A stretch of DNA of 64,000 nucleotides, from positions 179,409 through 243,408 of the forward strand of contig NW_004797556.1 in NCBI RefSeq assembly GCF_000002075.1. The letters are read 5' to 3'. Shown in pieces: positions 38,470 through 50,098 of this stretch. The DNA comes from Aplysia californica. Its lineage: Eukaryota. Positions within the stretch are counted from its first letter, which is position 1, and the number at the start of each line of letters is the position of its first letter. Both the position numbers and the translations under genes were made by a program. The notes beneath the pieces were generated by a model. The model did not search any database. It worked only from the letters and a program-made list of their open reading frames with translations, and was not told where the DNA came from.

Positions 38470-39573
38470 CAAGAGAGAACCATTAGGAATAGCAAAATTT
38501 TTCCCCTTTGCGGCATCAGGGGTGGGTGGCTAATGTGAGGTGGTGTGGTGCCTGAAGGCATCGCAGGGAAGGTGTGTGTTGTTGTTTATGTCAGACTTTA
38601 TGGATAAAAGTGAAATTTGTGTGTCTACAACTTTCTACAATTTAAAAAGATCAGTGGGAGGGGGCTATTTTTGTTTGTAAAAAAAAATTGAAACTTGTAA
38701 CGTGAAATATGTTTCAACACTCGTTGAAGTGAAATGAACATGTTCATTTTTTGTGCGGCGTGTGGCCACTAGCGAGGACTCGAGCAAGCCAAGCTGGTGG
38801 TGACAGCTGACTCCCGCCGGCTTCCTTTGAAGTTTTCATTAGAGAGGGAACAAAATTGGGGTAGCAAAGTTTCCTTCAACATTTTTATCTTGAAAAAATA
38901 TTGTGATATTCCGAATCAGCGTATCAAAATAGAGAAAGTCTACACCTAAAGGACCGGTTTTAAAGCTTAGTTCAAAAGATTTATACAAATACCGTGCAGT
39001 TTACATGTCAACGCAAAGAGTCGCCCAACTATTAATTTGGGGCTATCTATCCCAGTTTTCCATTGATTGTTGTATTAGCAAGTTAGTAAGCACAGATCTA
39101 TCAGAATGGACGATTATAGAAAACTATTCGAGTATAGACAGTATTCGAGTTTGATTCTCTTCTTGTTCAGTTCAGAACATATAAAATGGTATCGAACATC
39201 AATGTGTTTTGATCTTCAATGGTTCACAGGGTTGTTGGCAAGGGTAGTTGTGCCCTGGTTGTCCTCAAAGACCACAGGCAAATTATCTTCAAGACTTATT
39301 CCTATATCATTTAGGAACTGACTGACTGAGATACAGAACCTCCTTCACTGCAACTGTGAGAGCTATATTTAGCCTCGCAGGTTGACAGAGCCTGTTGACT
39401 GACTGTTTCTTTGATTTCCATGAAATCAGAGTACCTTCATGTGTCAAACTAAAACTGTAACCTGATGTGCTGCCTCTATCTTCAGCACTGGATGCCCAGT
39501 CGGAGTCACTGTACCCAATGAGCCTCAGAGTTTCAAGATAATCTAGTCCTTCTCTTTGGCTATATCCCTTTGC

Positions 39574-42500
39574 CAAGGAGACCTACAAACAGGAGACGCA
39601 CAGCCAATTTTCAGCCTTTCCTAGGAGAGGCCATTAGATTTACCAACATTCATAGCTTTCTTCATCACAAATCTTTTCAAATATGTTAGCTTATCCTCAA
39701 ATAGTATTCTAGAGTGTATATTTTTGAAGTTTTAAGTGTTACAGTTCTTAATGCTTAATTGTTTCAGTCTAATTTTAGCAAAAATCTCTATCTAGGTTCA
39801 TTAAGCAATCAAAAGTATGACTTGCTCTTCTTATCATGAAATGTTTGTAGTCTTAATTAGCTTTCATTTTTTAACATTAATGATTAAATTATGTAAAATA
39901 TAAAAGCTAGAAAGAGAGAGAAGGGGAGGGAGAAAGAGGAGTGGTGAAATTGGTGAACAGCATTAACAAAACAACCAAAAAGGTAAATTTGAAGCTAAAC
40001 AAGAAAAAAATATCATTTTTGCTTGTTAAATTGAATATTATTCTTTTAACTTGTGGTCTAGAGATACTAGAAGGATATACTTGATTGTTAATTGCAGAAC
40101 TATTTTGCACTATGTGTATTCCACCAGCCGAGAGTTGAACTCAGATCGCCAGAGTAATTTCCAATTATACTACTGCCGGGGTGTTTTTTTGTGCTTTTTA
40201 ATTATTATCTTGATCTTTTACTTACACTGTAGACTCTAGATGAGAGCCCAAGGTGGGCCTACCGGGCATCAAACAGCAGCTGCATCAGGCGCGCTTCTTC
40301 AGAGACGTCTGTAGGAGGACAGAATCCTTGTCCTGGTCCCACACAACAGTTACATCATGTGCACTTTCTTGAGGGACGTCTGTACTTCTGTAGGAGGGCA
40401 GAATCCTTGTCCTGGTCCAGTTCCAGTTTCTGAAGGCCATGAAGAAGTACATTTGAAAGGTGTTTGTACAGTTTTGAGCACCCAATGTTAATCAGTCTCT
40501 TCCTGCAGCATGCAAAATGACACGCTGTCTTCATTAAATTGGGTCCAAGGCAGGCTAGCTTATACGTGCTGACATGTGGAATAACCAGCTGTCCCCTGGA
40601 AACAGTTCCAAGAAAGTCAATAGCTTCACCTTTCAAAACCTCATCTTCCTCAGCAAAATGGATCTTGTCATGCTCAGCACATTTCTTTTCAAACCAAGCA
40701 GCTACGTATGCAGCACTGCAAACCAAGCAGCTACGTATGCAGCTCTGCTTTGTCAATTTTCAGTCAGCATCACTTCCGCTTCGCAGATCTCCATCACCAC
40801 TGCATCCTCCGGGTTAATGTCAACACCTAGACAAGAATGTTGCTGTGGGGTAGGATCCACATCAAGGTCTTGAAGGTTGGAGGCAGCATATTTGGCCAGA
40901 GGTTTTTTGTTTGCAGCAAACACGACACCAGTTGTCATAAAGGCATTGGCTTCAGACAACTTGGTATACACCGAACTCCCCCTCAAGCCTGTCGCTCTGC
41001 AGCTCACGCCGTACAACATAATCAAAGGTTGGGTTTGATGGCAACAGGTAGTCGCAGATGGCCTGGAGACCCGACAGGGTTTGAACTAAGGCCTTTTTTG
41101 TGTCTCTTGTTTGCCCCTGGCCAGAAGCTGCATTGGTGAACACCTCCAGAAAGTGGCTCAACAAGGGCGTGCCTTTCACTTGAACTGCACGTGAGGGTCG
41201 TTGAACCGCTCTTCCTGTTCTTTTCGTGATACGTTCACCATGTTCCAAAAGTTCAGAACTGTCTCAATAAAGTCAGCTGTTCCATCACTTCCTTTCAGTC
41301 GTAATGCAGCATCCTTTTCATTGAAGACATTGAGTAGGCCTACATGATGCACATTTTGGAGCTGAAGTCGTGATGGATATACTGCAGCACGGATCAACGG
41401 GGTCGCTTTCAGGATGTGATCTTTTTCCTCCTCATAGAGATGAATCACATCCTCAAAGGAAGCTGTGTGGTCGTTGAGTGCGAGTGTTTCTCAGTGATCC
41501 AATTATTCTGTATGCTTTTTAAGATATGGACAGTGTCATAGAGAAGAAACCACACACGATCAGAGTTCAGTGGATGTTCAGCTTTGCCTGTTGACTGATC
41601 GAAACTGGCAAACAATGTGCAAAACTGTTGATTGACTTTATGATTGTCAGTTATTGTACCAATAACTCTGCCGCCTGCTTTCTCAACCTGTATTGCTGCC
41701 TCCCTAACCACAGAAAACTGATGTTAGCATCCAATCTGTGAACTGGTGTGACTGAAATCATAACACTAGGTCCCTTGTGCAGTGCTTCCATCATAATACT
41801 AAGCATCGAAGTCACTCTACAATCCGCTTTGTTTTTTGCCTTTCCACTGATGACGCCACCAGAGAAAGAGACTTTAGGCCTGATTTTGACTTGGTCCACC
41901 TGGAGAAACACATTTTTCTGCTGTTCTACCTCTAAATTTCTGAAAGTTTTTTCCAAAACAGATGCAATGTCCGCAGATGAGATAACAGACTGGAGTTTCC
42001 ATTTGCTGGCAGAATCAAGTACTCTCTAAGCTGCTCATACTTACAATGCGGGAATGATTCAAGAGCAAAACAATAGTCCTGAAGAGAATATTCTTTCTTG
42101 ATGAAAAGCTGAAGCAGATGAGTGAGAAATACAAGTTTTTTCCTTTTGTCGCTGTCCGTACAACAGTCCGAGTCTAGCTTTTCATGCACACCCAGAATGC
42201 TCACAATTTTCTCAACTAAAGAATCAAAATGGGGTTCAAAGTTCACAGCTCTTCGCACAGCATCAAAAAACATCTGATGTGATTTAAATCCATTGTTAGG
42301 GTGAAGATAGTTTCCCAGTGGTACCCTGATTCCACTCTTGAAGGCCTTGAAACTTAGTGGTGAGGTGAGAGTAACTTTGTTTTCAACCACAACAGGAAGT
42401 ACAGAATCACTGTAATCGTCTGTCGTAAAAACCCACACCAGACGATCATCAGTTCTCGAGATAATGAAGTTCTTGTACAATTTCTTCAATTCCTTCTCTG

Positions 42501-43282
42501 ATTGAAAGGCGGCAAATGTTGAGACTTCGTCCTTCGCCTTCAGGGACTCGAGCTGCCTAGCTTCAATGTTTGATACATCTGTGCGACGTCAAGACTTTGG
42601 TGTTGGCAAACAAGACCTGGGCACATCAAAGATAGAAGAAGGAACTGCAGGTCGTGTGCCACCAGGTACTTTCACAAGAGGATATCCATCAGCGGGCCAG
42701 TGATTTTCACAAAGAAAAAACTTGTCCGGATCGATCACAAAGTATCGGCGTAGAGGGATTTTATCAATCCACTCCTTCCCCTCACTCTCGTTCTTTGGGG
42801 TAGTCTGAATACCCTACACTTGTTCTTTGCATTGTAGTTGCCCTTACAGTTCACTAGATTACACTTGTTTACCATGATTTTACTTTAAAAAGCACGATTT
42901 CAAACTTTCAAATGAGCACAAGAATTAAAACATCATGGGCGCTGCCATCTTTGACCAAAGCACTCAGCTGTTATGAATACACCGTGCAAAATAGTTCTCC
43001 ATTCACCTATCTGATAATCATACTAAACTCATCTAATACACCCTTGTAATAAATACACATGCATCTAAATAATTCTGAATGACACCGAATGAACAAAACC
43101 GTATCAAGCAGCGCCAAAAAAAAATATTTTTTTACAGACTTCCTGTGCCAACTCTGTCTATTTTTAACGCGAGCCGACCCAGTTTCAACCCTCCGCTGTG
43201 AAGCTGGCTTACCGCTGCCTGCTGGCCTTCACTGAGAGACACGGGAAAGCTCCGCTGCGAGTCCATGAAGTAGTAGTCCATG
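39574..43282 (-). mobile_element. P-superfamily (THAP9-like) DNA transposon, full length, decayed
   Basis: 8-bp TSD ccctttgc at 39566-39573 and 43283-43290; CA...TG termini; imperfect 13-bp TIR CAAGGAGACCTAC / CATGGACTACTAC. Confidence 0.88.
40285..42875 (-). pseudogene. THAP-domain P-element transposase, frameshifted
   Basis: N-terminal THAP (MVNKCNLVNC..FRLP..W..LCENHW..AVPSSIF); core DQVKI, ITDNHKVN, LYDTVHILKSI.NNW, ELQSDRLEGEFG. Confidence 0.85.
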
Positions 43283-45907
43283 CCCTTTGCCCACATATCG
43301 AGCGTTGTAGGAATTGGAACCATTTGCACTTTCTTTGATTGTACAGTAAACACCCATTTTCCCCCCCACTGATTGTCTACCCTCAGGGAGAGTGGTCAGA
43401 GTGTAAGTACCATTTTCTTTCAGGGAGTTGATTTCTTCAGTCATTTCTTCTTTCCAAAACTCTGATTCAGATGAATCGGTGGCTTCTTTAAACGTTTGAG
43501 GAAAAGAAGAAAATTTGTAGCAAAAATCAACATTCAACATGACATTGTCTTCACCAGATTTTGTGTCATAATCAGACATGTACGAAGGAGGTTTTTCTCT
43601 CTGTTCTGGAATATCTCCCATTTTGCTCAACAGAGGATGGCTCATTTTCTGGTTGTTTACATTCTGACCTCTCATCAGGAACATTTTCAACAAATAACAA
43701 TAGGAATTGTACTTTTGACAAAAACATCATCATCTGAAAAGTCAGTGGTATGAGTTTCACCTTCAACACAATCAAAAACTTTCTTTAGGACTACAAAGTG
43801 TACCACTCTACATCTTATCTCTTTCCCAGTATCACAAAAATAATCAAGTGTGCTGGACTGCACCTATAATATCCAACAAAAACTCCCTCTTTGCATCTCT
43901 AGTTTAGTTTTTTCTTCTGCTAAGAGTACACATAACAGTCGCAGCCAAAGACTCGCATGTTCGAAAATATTTGGTCTGCGCCCTGTCAGTGCTTGTACTG
44001 ATGTTTGTTTCTCCCTTGGATTGAAACACCTGTTTCGATTGTACACTGCTGTGTGCACTGCATAAGGCCACATCTCTTTTGGCAGCTCATATCTCCCCAT
44101 TTAAAAAATGGTACGCCACTGCCTTTCAGCTGTCCCATTTTGATGGGGCGAGTAAGGAGCTGACATTTCTTGCTTAATCTGATTTTTCCTTAGGAGTGCC
44201 TTAAACTCTCCGAAGGTGAATTCTGTCCCATTATCTGATCTAATTGACTTTACCTTCCCTTTTGGGACTGAATCTTCAAGAAGCCTTTCTGTTGACCCCA
44301 ATAGTCTCAATTTTACTTTTCAAAAAGTACACAAAACATTGCACCAGAATAGTCATCTGTAAATGCAATTGCATACTTAAAGCCTTCATGTGAAGTTGGA
44401 GTAATTGGACCTGTAAGATCAGAGTGCACCAACTCCAAAGGAGAAGTGGCACGTTCACGTGGATTCTTACTTCTCTCATTCGTCATTTTCCCCTTCACAC
44501 ACCTCGCAGTCCTTCTTCTTTGCCTTCCCACTTATCTTCATGCCATTGACAACACTTTCAAGCCTCAAAACATAATCAAAATTGCAGTGCCTAAGTGTTT
44601 CATGCAGCCCATAAGATCCTGAATGTAATTCATTTTGTCAACAGTATCATCTGAACTGTTTGTATTGAGATTTTACAATTTGCCCGGCTTTTCAATTGGA
44701 AAGCTTACAGCACCATTTTTGTCAAGTTCTGCTGTATCTGAGTGGAATGAAATACTTGCTCCTTCACCTGTGGCTGCATGAACTGAAAAAATATTCTGAG
44801 GAAAAATTGGTACATACAGAGCATTTTTCAGAGTAAAATCTACAGAATTACCATCAGAATCTGTAAATTTCATACTTGCATTTCCTCTCTTCATGGCTAC
44901 ATTCACTCTTTCTTCATTCGCTAGCTCTATGGAATGTTTTTCAGATCTAAATGTGTAATCAAATGAACTGAACTTTGACACATCATTCAAATTATGGGCA
45001 CAATCAATCAAGTCAGCTTTGAATTCTATTTTCTGATCAATGTTCGTTTTCGCTTTGAATGCGAATGTATGTTTTTGGTCATCTCTGTGGGCTGCCGTCT
45101 CTGTATCGTGCATCCGCAACCTCATTGACTGTATCTGTTGTGTTCTTCCTTTGAAATCTGCATGTATTGTCAGAATGTCAGAGGGATTATTCTTTCTGCA
45201 TAACTGGACCACAGTTTCTTTTGCCTTTAATTCTTAGAGAAGTGTCCGGGTTGTCCACATCTGAAACATACAGGAGAACTCTTGTTGTCACCCATAGCAG
45301 CTCTAACGCTGCCGGTACCTTGACTGGCTGCCCTTTGCCCACTCTTCAGAAGAGAATCACCAGACTGGACCCTTGATTTTTTAGTCTCTTTGAAACTCCT
45401 CAAAGAGATCTTAAATTCTGTTATCTGTTGTTTTTTATCACAGCAACTAAGGATTGGAAGGTTTCAGGTTGACTTTTTAAGATCATAGCTATCAGAAGGC
45501 TATCTGAGACTGTCTCATCAGCATTTTTCAGTGCTGCTGCTGCTGTTTCTGCTCTAATGATATAGTCTGTCACACTTTCTTCATGTTTCTTCACGAGGGA
45601 AGTCAGTTCTGTGTACAAACTAATGATTCTTGGAGTGCTTGAGCCTGCATAGAGTTGACGTAAAATCTTGAGAGCCGCTCTCCCATCATCTACAGCATCT
45701 CACTTTTTAACCAAAAACAAACTCTTGTCGTCTAAAAACTGGATAAGCTCACTTACTTCTTCATTTTTAGCTTGGTCAACTTCTTCACCATCACCTGCCA
45801 GTATGATGTCTTTCAGTTTCTGTAGTCTCATGTACCCTTGAAACTTCACCTCCCATTTTTCATATTTATTCTTATCCCCATCGAATAAAAGTCTACTGTA
45901 CCGCGAA

Positions 45908-45921
45908 CTGGGCTCATAACC
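45908..45921 (-). promoter_or_regulatory. Copia primer-binding site GGTTATGAGCCCAG directly after LTR end CAACA
   Basis: One mismatch to the Drosophila copia-type PBS GGTTATGGGCCCAG, which is complementary to an internal region of tRNAiMet. Confidence 0.8.
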
Positions 45922-46169
45922 TGTTGAGTGGGTACTAGTTTGACTTGCCATGGTGAGGGTACATAACAAAAACAGGCACTTTGGTTGTACACTGTAAAGA
46001 TAAATTAGCAGACAACGGTTATGCTGTTCAGGTGGAAGGAAGGAGAGAGTGAAAGTAATCTCCCCTGCTTTTCTGGATTTGCAAATGAAAAATCCACGAC
46101 TAATTACCGAAACATAACATGAATGATCAGAAGTTCAATAGTGAAACAGAAGAAATAGACTCGAGAACA

Positions 46170-46375
46170 ATCCTGAGGTTGCGGGTTAGGGGGTTCAAGC
46201 CTCAGGCCCGTCGTTGTGTCCAAAGTGCGAATTTTCCTCACTTCACCCAGGTGAGCATGGGTACTCAGCCATAGACAGTATGTTCGTGATTCGTGTTCTA
46301 GTACTGAAAAGAAATGGCAGCTTGCACTATGCTTCCCAGGAAGATGGGGTTGTTTCAGAATGCTATCAGGTCTGC
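46170..46375 (+). mobile_element. Degenerate tRNA-derived SINE with conserved-core-like block
   Basis: ggttcaagcc B-box-like motif followed by cacccaggtg..atgggtac. Confidence 0.45.
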
Positions 46376-49300
46376 TGGGGTAATAATATATAGATTGTAA
46401 AGTGTATAGAACTAGCTGTTGAGTGAGATTTGCTCTATACAAATGCTATCTATTGTGATTTGTGTTACAAGAGGGTTGATGGTGAAGATTTAGACAATAT
46501 AACCCCTGGAATTCTTTTCGGTTTAGAAATCGAAGCATTTTGGCTTATCAATAGTTTTCTTACACAGAGGAAAAAAGGGAGCTTCTATTTTCTTTCCATT
46601 TCCATTTACCTCTGTTTTTGGATTAATAAAACTGTGTTTAGTTTAAACACACTTCACTATTTAATAGAGATGAAGATTGGGAAGTTTGTGATGCTGAAAA
46701 CTTAGATAGCCTTCCCTGTACTGAGCTTAATGGCTGTGAAGTAGCTTGTGGTAGAGTTTGAATAAATGAGATGGTCTTTGCTAACAATGTAACCAATCTT
46801 ACGAGTGGGTGGAAGTGATGACTGTTTTAGTTCTTGGGTAAGTTGCTTTGAAAGTGGATTGACCTTTATGTATTTAATGAGTAACAGTGAAAGGTCTTTT
46901 TTCAAAAGCAATTTTGATGTTTTAGTAGTCTAGATTGTGAATGATTGTAAATGGCTGATGGCCCCCATCAACGCCATATGTATCCTTTAGGATGCAGACT
47001 ACTTTAACCTTACCAATCAGGGTAACCTGGGATTAACTTACTGTTAAATTAACTTAAATAGAGATGTTATAATATTTAATATTCTCAGTGTGTGAATTAA
47101 ACTGTCTCTCTTAAATGATAAAGAGTCAAATGATTTTTTTCAGAGATGCAAATGTACATTTGAAGTTTCTTGTGGTAATTCAAATCACTTGCGATATTAA
47201 AACTTTGCCCCAGGCAAGCAGATGTTTGTTAATCATGAGATGTATTTATGAAGCTTTTATTTGTGATGGATGTACAAACACAGTGGATTCGCCTTCCACT
47301 TCCCCACCTTTTTTGGGGGTATCTGCCTCGCCTCCCTTTTTTGGTGAATGTTTTTAATCAACAACAAATGCGTTGCGCGTGCTACAGTGGGGTCGCCTTT
47401 CGTCCCTTTCGCTTCACTCCCCCATACTGCAAAAAAAAAAAAAAGGGAGGGATCGATAACTAAGGTCTGTCCTTAAATTTCATTCTCCTCGCTCGTTCCC
47501 ACTGTGTATATATAGTGGTATTGATGGGTGTTGTCTTGCATCATTTTAAAAAATTGTGGTTTTTGTTTTACGTAAGGTCCAATCTTATCAACAAGGGGAA
47601 GCAGGAATGCATCAGCTTTCATTTTCAGATAATTTTTTTTTTTTAAATCGTCATTTATAAAAAACATTATCCACTAAATGATATTTGCAAAAAGTAAATT
47701 TTTCTCGGAGTTCATTGATTCTATGAACCCCAATATCAACGTGAAATTTGACATCGGCCTTTTAACTAATGCAGCATCAGCAGCTGCACAGAGCAATAAA
47801 AAAAAGATGAGGGGAGGAGGGCGAATCCACTCTGTCACTTCAGGTCCCTTCCAATTCGCCTCCCTTTCCTCACATTTTTGTTATTTGACAAAAGGGGGTG
47901 AAAGGCTGATCCACTGTGTTTGTACCTTTACACCCTCCAACCACCAGCAAGTCAAAGTGTTGGGTGTCACAGCACAGGAGAGAATGACTAAAGCAGTTTT
48001 TCTTGTTATCATTCTCTTCTTTAGTCTTTCCCACTTTCTTAAAAGGGACATGCTTAACTTAAAACATACAAAGCTGTGAGACTCACAACTGTGTCCAAAG
48101 AAAAAAAAAATCTTTTGCATTGGTACAATTACTTTTTTAATGAAAAAAAAAAAGAAATAAAGGAAGCTCTAGAATGACAAGGCACACATCAAAATAGTCA
48201 CATTCATGTCAAACAGTATTAAGAAACTAACAAGGTAATATTCTAGTAGGCCTACATCATATGCTACACTAAGTTATAAGATTGTAATTATGTTTCACCC
48301 CCATCGATACAGTTTAGATAACTGAGAAGGCAGGCTGCTTTAACCCTGCCCGTCACGGTCATTCAGATTTGAATGGGTTATAGTACTTATAGCATCCCAG
48401 CTGACAGAAAGTCATACTTGAAAGGATAACTTAGGATAGCTTTGACACTCAGGAATTGAAATTGCATCTTCTGTGGGCAATGCTGAAGAGCCCATTCTTT
48501 AGGTAGACCATTACAAAAATTCTTAGTTTTGAATTTATTTGAAAATACAATAAATATATCATGTTCGTTTCCTCTAAATGTGAAGCTTGGGGAAATTAGT
48601 TTCTATTCAGCTTTTATATAGGCCTACTACTATGCTTGATTTCTTTTTAGCTAAGTGTAACCATCATGTTTAAGTTTTGAGTTTCAATTCTCAATTGTCA
48701 CAAACATGTTGTTCCAGATCTCTTACTGTTCAGACACTGATATACATTTGTCTCTCTTTTTTCAAAATGTTCTCAAAAGATAGATCTACCTACTTCTGAC
48801 TCTTGTTGGTTGTGTTGGGTTCATCGCCATCTACTCATTTTACTATAATAATCGATCAGTCGCTCATTTTATTTTCACTTTGATTATTCACACATATAAA
48901 TATAACTGAACTTCAAGGAGACTGTTTCTTTTCATGGGCTCAATCATACTCAGATTATAAATATATATACGTTGCATTTTAGAAAATATTTCCCATTGCT
49001 TGCCCTATGCCGAAACTGGTCATTATGACATCATTTATTTTTTACATAAATGCAATGTAAATATGATTAGTTTGAATATATTTGATCAATACTATTGATA
49101 TGGTTGTATTTATTTGGACGGATGTCTTGAAGTGGAATGACTTATATGGAATAGTAGTTTGAATAAATTATGCTATTACTACCTTTGGCTTCTTTGTTTG
49201 AGTTTTAATAAATTTCACATTTAAACTTGATAGCTGATAGTAAAATTATTTTGGGAGAAGACATATTAAAGAAATAAGGATACTTGAACTGAAAGAGCTT

Positions 49301-49869
49301 TTACTTTTAGAAACATTTGCTGTACAGAGAGTCTTTTACTGCTTAATTTCTTACTAAATTTAATGACTAAAGTCTACAAGTTAATGTCATATCAAGCCAT
49401 AACACTGTCCCATGTAGAGACAATATTTTTCAATACCGAGTGTGAGTTGTTGACAGGCATAAAAGTTTTTTCTTTCCCTCTGTTATTTCTGTTTGTCGAC
49501 CTCCGACCTTGGTTTCCTTGCACATAAATAATTACCGTAATAATCATGTTGATGTGCCTCTTTTTACTCAAAGATGGTAAAAAATTGTTTAAATTTAAAT
49601 GATGGCATATGGTATGGTAGGGAAAAGCATCATGTGCCAATATCTTCCAGCGCCATATGTTATTGTCATTATAAGTTATTTATAATTAATTGTCAATATG
49701 AAGTCTTATATGACTTCTACAGCAGAAAGTTACAATAAGTTGGTTTTCTTGATGGTCAAAACCACTGTGTTTAGAATTTCAATGTAAATTCAATCTTCTA
49801 GATAAGGGAAAGATTATTATTATTTGAAAATGAATTTAATTTTTTAACTTTTATCTTTTCTTCCTCTAA

Positions 49870-50098
49870 CTCTTTATCTCCGGCAAGCTGCTCCCAGCGG
49901 CAAATCGCTTTTCGGGAATTGCCAAAAACAGGTCTCTTAAACCGGAAGTTCATTCATTAGATGAAGAACTATCAAAATAGGTTTGCTAGTTTTGATTTTA
50001 TGACCCACTTAAACTTAATGACGTTTTTGTCATTTTTAGATTTAGCACCAAAAAAAAGGGCCCCGGCGTAATGGGTTTACCCCCTCGGAGATAAAGAG
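49870..50098. mobile_element. 229-bp piggyBac-like MITE
   Basis: Perfect 13-bp TIR CTCTTTATCTCCG / CGGAGATAAAGAG, flanked by ctaa and ttaa. Confidence 0.78.

Larger units (their letters stand above)
39130..45970 (-). mobile_element. Decayed Ty1/copia LTR retrotransposon (gag-PR-IN-RT-RH), RT core deleted, interrupted by a P element; 3' LTR not found, outer 5' boundary approximate
   Basis: gag LLFDGD..YEKWEVKF; integrase PLELVHSDL, IRSDNGTEF, APYSPHQNGTAER; RT start YNARYVAKGYSQREGLDY; RNase H GYSDSDWA..STSGY..ISWKSKKQ..HIDVRYHF; IN-before-RT order. Confidence 0.9.
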
